A DNA stretch of 64,000 nt, from positions 2,455,927-2,519,926 of the forward strand of contig OZ316898.1 of NCBI GenBank assembly GCA_973895155.1, read 5' to 3'. Numbering within the stretch: the first letter of the stretch is position 1; every line of letters starts with the position of its first letter. This stretch comes from Marsupella aquatica. Its lineage: Eukaryota; Plantae; Marchantiophyta. The notes beneath the pieces were generated by a model. The model saw only the letters and a program-made list of their open reading frames with translations, did not search any database and was not told the origin of the DNA. The translations under genes and the position numbers were made by a program. Of the stretch, positions 37,761 to 50,495 are shown piece after piece.

Positions 37761-40247
37761 TAACTTCAGTTTTGTTATAATGTCTCAAACATAGCACTCG
37801 GTCCTTTGGCAAGCAAATGTCCTTCAAAATTTCAACCAAATTTGCATGGCACCTATTTGAATAGAGGGGCCCCTTGACTCACTATTTGAATATAGCACTT
37901 GGGCTTTGTGACGGGTCAAAGACAGTAAGCATGAGAAGACTAGTTCAGGTTTTCACATTATTGGATGGAAAATGGTATATACTACACGGATGAGTGAGAT
38001 GTGACAAGAAAAGGAGACATGCATCTTTGAAAATTGGGAGTTCTCTCAATTCTCACTAAAAGTTGACTACATTTGGCTCATTGGGAAGATATTTCTAAGC
38101 TACTTCTAATGAGCTCCAAACTTACAGCCAATTCCATTGGATATCAAGGGAGGTATTGAATGTCAAAGTTAGCACCTTGGAAAAGGTTTGGAAACACAAA
38201 GAGTGGAAGTGAGTGATCAAGTGATTTTTAGAAATTCATAGCTCTCCAATTCTTCAAGAAAACTACCAAAATTAGATTTTTTGAAAAGATCTTTCTTAGT
38301 TGCTTCTCACGAGCTCAAGAGCAACAGATACTGTTGGATATCAAGAGAGATATTGGAGGTCAAATATTGCTTTGAAGGTGATAATGGTGTCACAGTCGGG
38401 GGTTGCATGGTACACAGGCTTGGTCTATTTGGGCTTCTATTGGGCTTCAGCTTCCTGAGGGTGGAATTTTCACCTTCCAAATAATAGATGAAAATTCCGT
38501 CCTGTTATTACAATGAAATTTTTATGAAGACCCTCACTGAAACAGTCAACCACTATGTCTACTACAAATGGACTCTACCTCACAGTTTGCTCTACTATGG
38601 CTCGTCCTTCTATGCTCTTCTGTTTGGTGTGGGTCGACAATATCCTATTGCCTCTCTCATCTTGCATTTTAAATTGAAATCTACTATTTTACATTACTTT
38701 ATCTTCTCCCTCTTCAGTGGTTTAGCTCCCTTCTGGGCATCCATCAGTTTGCAACTTTACACGTCACTTTGGATCACTCGTGGACCACTTGAGTGTATTT
38801 TATAATTGATCAAATATTCTCTAAGATGGAATCTTACGAGATCTTGTTTATTTCTTTAGGTCTTTCCTTCCCAAGTATTCCATAGTGGCCTTTCGCTACT
38901 CCCTTCTTTTGATGCTCTCTTTTTTCAAGAAATTTTCACCAAAATTTCCACAATCAGGAAAAAACAAAGTACAATGAAAGGGAAGAAAACGAGGTCCAAA
39001 GAGGACAAACACCAAACCAAAGGATACTCTCTTTAGTTTGCTCACCCAACTCTTCCCTCCCACCTTTTTCTGTTGTTCCTTTGTCTTTTTAGTGTACATA
39101 AGTATTGCCACACTCCATGGGCTTCAATGTTTTTTTTCACTCAGGGATCCATTTTAAAGCCCTTAATTTCAGATTCAAGAGAGAAGGAAAAGCCATCTTT
39201 TGGGTACTTCCTTTGCTTTTCAGGGCATCCTAGGTATTTCCATCCTTGATTGGATATTTTCTTTAATTCACTCAGGTAGCCCTTTAAGCCCCTTTTCATG
39301 AGTCTTTTTCAATGGTCCCACCAACTCTTCCCTCCATGTTAGCCCATGCACCTCCATTAAGCCCCTCTTTCTGGGTCTCGCTTTTATATTCTCTTTAAGG
39401 AGTGGGTCCTACCATTTCCATTGTCTGAAGCAAATGAGGCATGCAAGGGCAAACCTAGAAAGAGGCTAATCCCCACCCCTGGCTTATATTTTAATTTCGT
39501 TTATATTATTCCTACAACCAATTCAGAAACACGTGTGTCAAATGCATGTATAAACTGCACACCCGTCTTAATATTTCTCCAAACCTAAGAAACTCGTAAG
39601 CTGCCCCCTTGCATTAATATTAACCCCCAAATTCCAACTATTTGAGTTACTATGGCCGTTTGATTCTTTATGGGGAAATATAGTTATTAAATTACTTTAT
39701 GGGGCAACTTAGTAATTTGGTTCATTTTGGGGGTGACATAGTGAAAACTGGTAATATACTAAGCTGGAACAGAACCAATTGCATTGACGCCTGGATTGGG
39801 CTAGAGACCAGTTGGTAAAAAAAGTCACCCTTGGCCATGAGCTGACCACCAGGCCCCACTCAAGTGCTTCTATTCTCCAATTTTTGTTTGTACATTGGTT
39901 CCCTCTTCTCTTGGGCAGGGTTTCCTGCTTCCTCCCTAGAAAAGGTTATATTCTTCCCCTATAAATGAGGGGAATCTTGGAGTTTTGCAAACGCATGAAG
40001 GCTCGTGAAGGCACGACTAAACCACAAATAAGTCACTGCACATATATGTGGATAAGTGTTTACATGCATTGTCTCACAACTGCACACTGTATATAATGAC
40101 CGTTTATTGATTAGAGCAACATGCAATTATCTTGTTTGATTCTCGTGGTACCAGAATTAGGGGTACTAAGTCCCTAAAGTTTTTGGCCTGACATCAATCT
40201 ATCTTATAACACGCAATTGAAAATGAGTATAAGGAAGTAGGTACATA

Positions 40248-40980
40248 TTTTTTTATAGAAAAGGGCCAAACAGAATACAAAAGAATAAACAAGAGAGGTA
40301 CTTCCCAAGTGGACAAAACCAAACGCAAAAGAAGTGAGCAAAAGGAAACCCTTAAAAACCAAGAAAGAGGAACTAAAACTACCGCAAATGGACCGAGGTA
40401 CTCATCATTCCTAGCAAATGTGGCAAAAAGCTAATGGTCTACATCAAGTGTCAAAACTAAATCGGCAAGTGGGACTGGAATGTCCTCTAGGGGGGGCTAG
40501 CCGCTGCGGAGTCACACTAGCACCCACTGTCAAAGATCGACAATAGATGGCCCAAGCTTGAGCACACTATACGGTGACTGAAATGCATTGGCGAAAGTGC
40601 GTGGTCAAAACAGATAGCGGGGGTCTGGTGGGACCCATCTGGCCATGAACATCCCGAGTAGCTTGTCGAAGAAGCCTGTCAAACTGATGATGGAGACACC
40701 CAAATATCTCAAGAGCGAGTGGGAGGAAGCATATTTGGCCTCCTTCGTTGTTGCTGCTCGTGATGCTGCTGCCCCTGCCGTTGTTGCCTCTGTCCCAATG
40801 ATGTCTAGGCGCAATGGGTTTGCCACCACTACATCTGCCAAAGTACATTGACCCTCACGGACCATGGTAAGATCCACCCATAATCGTTGTGATGGAGGAC
40901 CAGTTAAGGGCCTGTGGTCAAGAGTGAAGCCTCTGAACCATGACTTCGACAATCTACCGTTGGGGGGGCGGCTGAAGGGG
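40248..40980 (-). mobile_element. 5'-truncated non-LTR retrotransposon with restriction-like endonuclease (CRE-like)
   Basis: Minus strand reads RLWVDLTM...LADVVVANP...AGAAASRAATTKEAKY / FLPLALEIFGCLHHQFDRLL...FRQCISVTV*CAQAWAIYCR. This fits the PD-(D/E)xK RLE domain pattern (D..D..K..KY..F.P.A.E..G..R.S..Q). It is followed by a T-rich 3' tail and an A7 run (40248-40254). Confidence 0.8.
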
Positions 40981-42329
40981 ATGAAAGATAGTGCAAACTG
41001 ACCTGATCGTACTCACCATCTATTTATGAGCCAGGCTTGGGTATTCAAGCTAGTTATTATAACAAGTGCACTGTACCCTAATTTGGAACTGCACTTCCAT
41101 AGGATCATGCAGTTACCGATATTAGGCCCTATAACCCGGGATATAACCAACATGTGCACATTTGGGGAAGTGGACAAATAAGTGGTTTCTTCCATAGTGC
41201 ATAGTGCTCATAATTGAGTGGTCAACTCTTCTTTGTAGGATAGCATAAGAAGCTATACTGTTTCAAAGTTTTTGTCTTTGTTTACTTCATTTGCAGACAG
41301 CCACTTATTTACCATTTCAAGCACTTGCCATAACAAATGCAGGCGGGAGGCAGTTTTCCCAAGTGATCTTCTATGCTCTTCTCGGATATCATTTTAGAGT
41401 TGTTGACAGTTCATACCAAGTTCAAACCACTGTGTATACCATGTTTAGTGGCTAGAGCCTTTGAACTGGTACATTTAAATACATGCGTGTTGGGGATCTA
41501 AACCACCAAGGGAATCAGACACTTACAATTCACTGTAAAGGGTTTACTGCAGATTGTTTACCAGGATTTTCAGTTTGTTGCTCAGTAGGGCTTTAGTTTG
41601 TTTGTGGGGACTCCCGTTATTTTCCCCTTGTTTGCTCCCCATTATTGGGTCTCTTGCTTTTGGGATCCCGTCTCCCACTTTGGCTTTTTCTGTTCTTTAG
41701 AAGTGTGATATATCTGTAAAGAGTTTCCAGTCACTCCATTTTACATAGGAAACGAAACTATAAATGGACCCGACTAATAATAGTCTCTAATGGAATGTGC
41801 TGTCCAATATTCATTTTCTATGCCTTTAAAGTCAACAATGCTCCCAAAAGTGTCCAGGGACATGGGGTATGACTATGGGGTCAAATGTCTGAAACAAGGA
41901 TAGCAATTATGTGCTAAACTTGAACATCCATGAGAATGTTTTCTTTCTTGAAAAGGCAAAGTAGGGGAATCACGTTTGTCATGTTTTGAACCTAGCTGTC
42001 CCCTACATATATGTTGTTTTATTTCAGGGAAATGTGATCTCCACAACAGCCTTAATTTTATGTTATCGGCCCCACATTGCTAAAATCATACTGTTCTGCT
42101 GATGTGTGACAATCTCAAAGTAGGTAGGAGCACATCAACCAGAAACTTATGTCAGGTTTTTATTAACCTGTCCCCCAAATCCCCCAAACTAACTGAATTT
42201 ATGAAGGCGTCCCTCACAACAAATTTATTTACTAACCTGACCCCCATTTTGTATGTGGGCTAGCATTCATTGCCTCTTTAAGCATAATTCAACCTCCATC
42301 TTCATTGGTGTCTGGCCTTCTGTTGCCAC

Positions 42330-42513
42330 ATGGCAATGTGCTAGTTGGCTGGTCTCAACTGGCTCACTAACAATGAGCCTAAGTTCCATTCACTAACTAA
42401 GTATTGCTATGGTAAATAATAGTTGCACATCTAACCGTAACCAAGCATCTGACTATGGCTTGAGTAACTGCAGATACATAGTAGCTCTAATCCTAAGAGT
42501 AAATGCCTAAACA
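42330..42513 (-). mobile_element. Partial LTR related to 11203-11546, inverted
   Basis: AACAATGAGCCTAAGTTCCA is the exact reverse complement of TGGAACTTAGGCTCATTGTT in the first LTR. The minus strand starts TGTTTAGGC at 42513. Confidence 0.55.
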
Positions 42514-42829
42514 TACTACCCATCCAATTTCAGCCAATCAACACGCCCATCAACTAGTAGGGGTTCTTTTCTGCAAAATTAGTGTCAGAGTGTAAACTAT
42601 TTTTGAACTCAAGCCATTTGTTGCTGATAGTTAAGATCAACCATCTACATTTTGAGCCTGATTTTGAGCCATACATTGACTGCTATGCTGAAAGGATGAG
42701 ATAACAATGAGGGCCAGAAATTCCCTAGAATGGGCAAACCTGCCCAAAAAAACTTCACAAAGGTGTTGCATGTTACTATTCAGTATGCACAGTGAGAACT
42801 TCTGGAAACCCATTCTTGAAATACAAGTA

Positions 42830-43040
42830 GCTGTCGTTTAACATTCCGCCCCCTAGGGAGAAAAACAGTGTCCAGGTTCAATCCCCCGTGCACGTGGGCG
42901 TGGAGGGTATGTGTGTGCATGGTGTAGCGCGGGCAATAATGTGGTGTCGTGCGGGGAGTATTGATTATCTCCACAGTCCATCTTTGGCCGCCGTGTGGCC
43001 CTGGTTTAATCCTTTCTCCCTCTAGGTAAGGGTCCCAACT
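42830..43040 (+). mobile_element. SINE-like retroposon, copy 2
   Basis: B-box-like GGTTCAATCC (~42875) and colinear blocks shared with 32546-32936. Confidence 0.45.
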
Positions 43041-43497
43041 GGATCCCTTTGGAAATTCCTCCTGTAGTGCTACATTATTGTCTATCTTAGATGGATGTCC
43101 TTTGGGATCGAGGGCAGAGAGAAAAGGAGAAGTCCAATGATGGCTATAAAGTTATTTTTCTTTTTGTCTCTGCCGCTTTGAAAGAGAACACAGAGGTCTA
43201 CTGGGGATTTAGCTACCTAAGACTTTGGAGACATTTTGGAGGACTAGGTCATCCAAATATTTGTCTCACCAAGCTTTCTCTTCCAATTCAAATTCTGCTG
43301 CTGAGTCAAAACAACTTCAAGCTCGTCTCCGATTTCTTCTAAGGGCTAAGGGCCAGTCTTGTTTTAAAGCATTGCATTCTGATTTCAGCTGAGCTGAAGG
43401 AGTGCTGGCAACGCCTCATGCTGGGCGCCCAGAGTCTAAAGCATTTGGTAATGCACCGAGGGGCATGAAAGAGAAGACAAACTTCATTGTCATGTAT

Positions 43498-44238
43498 CCA
43501 ACGAAGACCATGACAGAACCACAGTCCAGAGGGTAGCTGAACTTTCGAAGGTTCCAGGCAATAACTTTCAGCTTTAGATGAAGTGAGTAATACTTGGGAT
43601 GCGTTACCAAAGAAAATCCATCTATCAAACGAAGACCATTTGACAGGGCCACAGTCTGGAGGATAGCTGAACTTTCGAGGGCCTAGGGCAAATAACTTTC
43701 AGGTTTAGATGAAGTGAGCAATTCTTGGGATGCAATTACAAAAGAAAATCACTGCCTGTTTCTGTGATGCAGAATTCGGGACAATTTCAAATTTCCTGCA
43801 AGGCTTCTCCAGGCATCTAAATCTCTAAGATTCGTCAAATTAACGCACTGGAGAGACACCTATCTTGACAATTTAAATATTTTATTGGTGCGTTTTGGGC
43901 CCAAATGAGCACCTTTCATCTCCAATGGGTTTCACTAAATTGCCATTAAACTGAAATGTCCTGACGGTATATAACATGTGGTTCATAATCACTGCCTGTT
44001 TCTGTGATGCAGAATTTAGCAGAATTTCAAATTTCCTGCAAGACTTCTCGAGACATTTCTCCAGGCATATAAATCTCAAGATTCGTTAAATTAACGTACT
44101 GGAAAGACACCTCTCTTGACAGTTTGAACTATTCAGTTGACGGGCTTTTGTCCCAAATGAGCAACTTCTCATCTCCAATGAGTTTCACTAAATTACCAAC
44201 ACTCTAGTGAAATGTCCTGACGGTATTAACATGTGATT
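43498..44238. repeat. Two abutting tandem duplications (~130 bp x2, then ~240 bp x2)
   Basis: ACAGTC..GAGG.TAGCTGAACTTTCGA at 43521 and 43651; AATCACTGCCTGTTTCTGTGATGCAGAATT at 43747 and 43987. Confidence 0.9.
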
Positions 44239-44740
44239 CGTTACTGGGTCCTGAATCTCTTCAGTCTAATTGTGATAGTACAACACTCTAAGCATACAGG
44301 ACACGGAGTAAATCCAGCCTAGGAGTGCATTGTAGGGTTCGGTTGCCAGGTTCCATCAGTGCACATTGATCCATTCGTGGGCCCCCACAGAGTCTTAATC
44401 AACAGCCAATACTTTTATCTTCTGCATGAATCAAACCAGGGAGCCAGAAGGTTAGTGCCAAGACTTCACAAAGCTCAAAACCAAACCTAACTTGAAAGAT
44501 CGAGTCAGTTGAATTAAAGTTTCCACGTAGGCGAATTGCATCACAGTGCAGCGGCTGTGGAAACCCACCCGTGTAAGCTTAAGCACAATTAAGGAAATGG
44601 AAAAATGCCGAAGTTTCAATCAAGGACAGATGGAGATCCGGTCGATGCAGGGGATTCATTCAGTCAAGTTCTGGTGAGACTCGGAAACATAGACAATTCG
44701 TCAGGGGAGTTCGACAGTAGCTATGAAGCATGCTGTGCAG

Positions 44741-45205
44741 ACATAAATACATTGCTAGGCCTGAATGTGATAGTCTACCCAGATCCGCACTTAAAAATGC
44801 AATAAAAAAATTCCTCTGATCACAAGCCGTGATATACAGTTGGTGTAGAATAAACTATGAACCGGGAACACTTCGAAGATTGAACCCTCGGGGATTGTAG
44901 CAGCAATTGATGGCACAAAATTTACAGCATTAATATAATCGTCCAAAGAAGCAAGGATCAACATAAGTATATTGCTGGGCATGAGTAGTGATGTCTACCC
45001 AAATCAGCACTGAAATGCCATCAAAAATTCATCCAGTCGAAGGCCCTGCTCTACAGTTCATGCTCTGTAAGACTACCGCGAGGACTACCGTCGAATGAAG
45101 TAAATTATGAACTAGGAACACTAGGAACACTTTCCAGATTGAACCTTCTGCTACTGTAGCAGCAATTAATGGCCCAAAGTTTCCAAAGAGTAAAATAATC
45201 CTCCA
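44741..45205. repeat. Diverged ~220-bp tandem duplication
   Basis: ACATAA.TA.ATTGCT.GGC.TGA at 44741 and 44961, with shared GGAACACTT...AGATTGAACC and TGTAGCAGCAATT.ATGGC.CAAA blocks. Confidence 0.8.
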
Positions 45206-47708
45206 CTGCAGATGGATCACTGATGCTAATGAGCTGAACAAACCCAACAGTTTACTACGTTGTACAGCGAGGTCGTCCCCGTGATGTTGTCAAACCTAAC
45301 AAAGGTTAAACTCTCGGTTAACCTGTAATGATTATAATTTAAAAGGGTTTGCACATTGTCCGAGGTCACCACCAGAGCCCGCACCAGAATGGGACAAAGG
45401 ATCGGTTGCCCATCAGTCTTGCATGACATCACACCAGCAGCTTTCGGTTGCTCCTCAGACTACCTTACTGTAGATCCATTTCGGGAGGAACTAACTTCCA
45501 AATGTCTTCTATGCCGGTTCCCTCTTCCCCTACCCAACGAATTTCTTCCATCACAAAGGTCATCACAATGACCACGAGCATTTCCGAGTCTAACACTTGT
45601 CACGAATCCCCATAACACTCTAACTCCTTTCTGTTTCAGACCTCTCGTTTGTTTCCCAGCTGCGTTCCAGATTCACTGATTATCGCTTGTGCGCATGCAA
45701 AGATATTTTCCACTTTCCCAGAATGAGAACCTCTCACCCAGACCGTTCAAAGGATGTTAGTTTTATGCAACTGAAATTGCTGGAATGTTTGAGAAACCTC
45801 CTCTAGTACCTTACAGCTCGATCACCAGCATAGGAACCCACGTAACCTCTCGCTGTGGACACAGACAGGCGTCCCCACCGCAGGTACCTGATATCATATT
45901 CCTCTCTCTTGCCTTTGACAAGTGTGTAAGTGTACGTGTGTGCCTCTTCTCAGAAGTGCAATGTCCAAATCGGACTTGAGGTGCACGTACCACCGGCCCT
46001 GCTCCGCAAAAGAATCCTGTGGGCCATGATTCTGTCCGGCATGCACCAAAGGGGTGATGTCGACAACACACTCGCCTTGGCCGGACGCTGCCTGTCGCAG
46101 ATTCTCAAGCAGGATTGCACAACCTGACGAGAAGTACCGAAGTGTTGAGTCGTTAGGTATGCAGCTCCCTCGTACACTTGTGCCAACAGCGGCCTCACTT
46201 CCTAAACTGTCTACAGTAGAGAGTAGACAGTTCTCTAAATCTACGGTACGGGAGGTTGAAAAAATACCGTCATCTGTTCGTCAACATCCTTCCAATTCCA
46301 TCTTCTGGAATCAATTGGACTATTTTCTATGCAACGCCGTATCCCTTTCGGCAACTTTCTGTTGTCTTTAGGCATAGTCATCGCAAAATTACCTAAACGG
46401 AGGGGCCAAGAAAGGCCATCGATTTCCGAGGCGGATTCTTTTGTCAGCGGTGAATCTGATTGACTGGTCCTTTGAGCGATGAGCCCACTCGCTTACCGAT
46501 AGACCATCCATGCTGCTCCTGTACCTGCCTGGCACACCTGACTACAGTCTGGGAACAAAACCCACGAACGTCCTTTCATCGATTCCACTGCAAATGTTGG
46601 CGGTAGAAAACTGCCTGCCGGTAATGAAAGTCTACAGTGTGCCAGTATGACGTACCTGATCGTAGCAGAGTGTAGAAAAGCACTCACTCATATAATCAGA
46701 CACTTGGCTTCGTATGACTTGCTTGACGGCGGCCTCGACAAAAGTACGAAAATCGTGCACTCAATCTCGTTGTGGAGACACCTCGCCGGGAGAGAGTGAG
46801 AATCATTATGACGGTACTTGCAATTCGATCTGGTTGGCTCTTCCTTGCATTGCTCCTCGCTGTCTGGTACGTTGTTGATAGCAACAGACTGTCACCACAT
46901 AGACGGTCAGTTTGGTTCGAGGTGTTACATGTCGTGCATTATCAAAGAATACTGCATGACTGATGAACCTTCAAACGAAACAACAGAGACTTCCCTTCGT
47001 TAGCACCCCTTTGGGAGTACTTGGTTTCTGGGTCATGCCAGAGTGGTGTGTTTCATACGGTAGTGCAATGACTTCTGAAAGAGACGTTTTCACTACAGTA
47101 CTGTACAAGTCTTGCCTCAGAACCGATACAAGTGTGCACCCAGGCCAAGTGCTAGCTTTTGATAAAAAGCACACAATCGGTCGTAACAGCGAAAGGTGGA
47201 AAGGTGGAAAGGTTTGCGTTAATCTCAATAGCAGCTCTTGTCGTGAGACAGAACCTTGGGGTGAATTCACTAGAGCCCAACGAAGACATTACGCATGTGC
47301 AACAGCTTAGCAATCTATTACCACACCAATTGCTTTGTGTCAACAGACAACTTGGGTAAAATATCTCAGCAGGATCAACCGTCGAAGACCTTACCGTGAA
47401 TCTGCACCTCTTTGCTCGCAGTATTCTACAAGGTGAACAAGCAGTACAACTCCGGAAATCGCCCATCCATGAATGTTGTGCTTGAGATCTTACAAAAAAC
47501 TCAGAAGATAGGTGAAGGAGAAGTCACTATAAAGGACTTTAGATGACGTTCCCAAGGAAGAATGATGCAATACCATCTCGGTCCTATGTACCAGACCATG
47601 AAAGACTGACTCAACTGTGACTATTAGATTGAGATTGGAATGTATACATACTTCAATTGTTTTGACATCAAGCAAGCTGCTTTGTAGTGTTTTATTTATT
47701 TTCTGTCT

Positions 47709-47987
47709 TTCTGATAGACTGAAGTAGTCAGAGAGTTTGACAAAAAGGGCCCACTTAGTAGGCAAGAAGAATGAACATATCAAACAAGTGAGCCAGGATG
47801 TCTTGTAGCTCATTACATAATAGAAACAAACTGACCTGGGCGAGTTCTTCTGATAGACTGAGGTAGTAAGAGAGTTTGACGAAAAGGGCCCACTTAGTAG
47901 GCAAGAAGAATGAACATATCAAACAAGTGAGCCAGCATGTCTTGTAGCTCGTTACATAATAGAAACGAACTGACTTGGGCGAGTTTT
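47709..47987. repeat. 139-bp tandem duplication
   Basis: CTGATAGACTGA.GTAGT.AGAGAGTTTGAC... at 47711 and 47850, near-identical. Confidence 0.92.
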
Positions 47988-50495
47988 TTTCATAAGTGCT
48001 CATTTTGGCCCCAATGTTCCAATCTGCGCCAACTGGTACTTTAATGACTAAGCATTTAGTCCATCACCCTCGTGCCTACTGCTACAAACTAACGGTCCTC
48101 CCAGCAAAATTCCCTTTGTGAGCACAGTGTGCACGTTGTTGTTGAAGACATCCCATCGGAGTGTTAGCTGCGAAGATCTGCTAGGTTTCCCCTGACCTCT
48201 AGCTTCAACAACCAAACAAAACAAATAAAAAAGAAAAAGAAAAAGAAAAACGTCCAGGCATAAGACCATCATTTCGTTGACAAGAGCAATTCCTTTTCGC
48301 AGTTGGTCTGACCTTCGACCAAAATTTCCCCTTCTAATGTCCGCTCGTTTTAACATATCAAAGTATTAAGGCCGGACTATAGATCACACTGCCAAAGGGC
48401 AAAAAACACGGAACCGGGAGACATGATCCCAATGGCAACGGAGCCCAATGAAGGGGGGGAGAGGAGGGGAAAGGACTGATACATACCATCTCCAGCAGGA
48501 TCCTTCGAATCATTTCCAACTTCACTTCACCGAACTAGCGCCGGCTTGACTCCTCTGTTCCATATCCAGTTTCATTTGCCACCGTCACACCATCCTTGGC
48601 AAGCTCAGAACAGGAACTAAAATCACTAAATTCATTTCGAACCAGTTCGAGAGTTGCAAGTTTTGGTAAATTAGTCAATAATTGATATGAAACATGAAAC
48701 ACCCAAGAAACATAGAAACGTTACCGATTCGCTGAGAGTCGGTCATTAATTACGGTGGGTAGCTACTTTGCATACCTTTGGGACTGCCAGTTGCTGAACT
48801 CCTCGTAGCATAGGAGCACCTCCCCCCTCCCCCCTCGACTATAAGGATCCCCCCAGCTGCTGCATATTTTCGCACCCATGTCAACCTGCTTGACTATTGC
48901 AATTGCAAAATACATTGAAATTGCTCGACTATTGCAATTGCAAAACATCTTGAAATTATCGAAGGAGAGCGGCAATTTTGATCAAATCATACATTACTGA
49001 CAAATGCAGATTGAAGAGGATATCCATCTGCTAGTTTCTGTAGGAACACGTCCGCTTGAGGCCATTGTTGAGTAACATATCGAAGATCAATGAGAACTAC
49101 AATTCTCCTGCAATGCTGCACTTGAGTAAGATCGACACCTTACATGAAAACCAACTATCGACACGATGATTTTTGCATAACCATTGTTCCCTAGTTGCAA
49201 TTTGCTGTCTTCTTCGATACCAGATAGGCACCATCGGTGGAATGACGTCCCGTCCTTGAACGGAGATACAGTAGAGGACTCCTTCCCAAAACAAACCTTC
49301 TGCAGTGAAACATGTCTAAGGTTTGTCTTTGGCGAGGAACCGGAGTGATAGCTCAGATGAGAGAAATGAGCCTGATGCTCTCCACCACATTGTTGACCTA
49401 CCGGACGGTCTCGGACTCTGGCAGCAGGGACCCTTCCATCTTTATACATCCTCTCGTCAATTCGTTTCCCATTCTCTGCCTTTGCCTGATCTCAATTTGA
49501 CACTATTGGCGAATCCCAGGGTGAAACAAAGACCCGGTTGCACTTTCAGTGCGAAGCAATCCACCCCAGGAAGAAAATCCGGGCCAAGTGAATCATCATT
49601 AGATAATACGCAATGCAACAAATGTATATACTGATCAACACGAAGTCCTTCTTGTTGCCATTCCGCAGATTCACATCATCTAAGGCAACAATCACGACAC
49701 TGCCCCACCAAATTCTACAGCGGCTATTTGACCATGGACTTTCTCAAGCAGTTTCATTCACGACTGAAATTCCCTCCGAAAGTCGACTTTGTCTAAGCGC
49801 TACAGACGCTTCCATCGTTCATGATAAGATCGAAAGTAAGTTCTACTACTCCATTCTCCTCCTACTCGTCACGAAATGAATCCTACTTTCATTCTCTACA
49901 CCTGAAAGTGGTGACGCAACCTGTCGCAGACACAAGACATCCTAAGGGTTTCAATTAATAAGAGACCAAAGATGGTTGGACATCAAAGACATCTGGAAGT
50001 TCAGAACGGAACAGAGACGAACGACACTCCAAAGTCACAGATATCCGGATCGTCCTACCGAGAGCGCCTGTACTATTTCTGAAATGCCTACGCAGATGGC
50101 AGAGAGTCTGAAAGCAAAGACATCCGGAAAATGCTGCAAAGACTAGATAGAGAGAGGCGCCGCTCTGCTCCTCCTAGTCACCAATATTTTCACACACAGA
50201 GTATGCAAAGACAGGAGATGCAAGACAGTCCGAAACCAAAGACATCCGGAAAGTGACCACAGACTACAGTTGTTTGAATGTGCAAAGGCCTTTCTCTCAC
50301 AGGCCGTAAAAATATTTGCCTTCTCAACTTACAATAATATACAGCCGGCACTTCTTGTCCGGAGACTCGACTCTTCGACTCTCATGAAATTGATTCTCAT
50401 GAACTTTCACTATTCTACGTAAGCGAGCGAGATCGAGATTCGTATATGCTACAGATTATGAACAGAGGCAAAATTTTGCATCGACGTTGTTGTGG

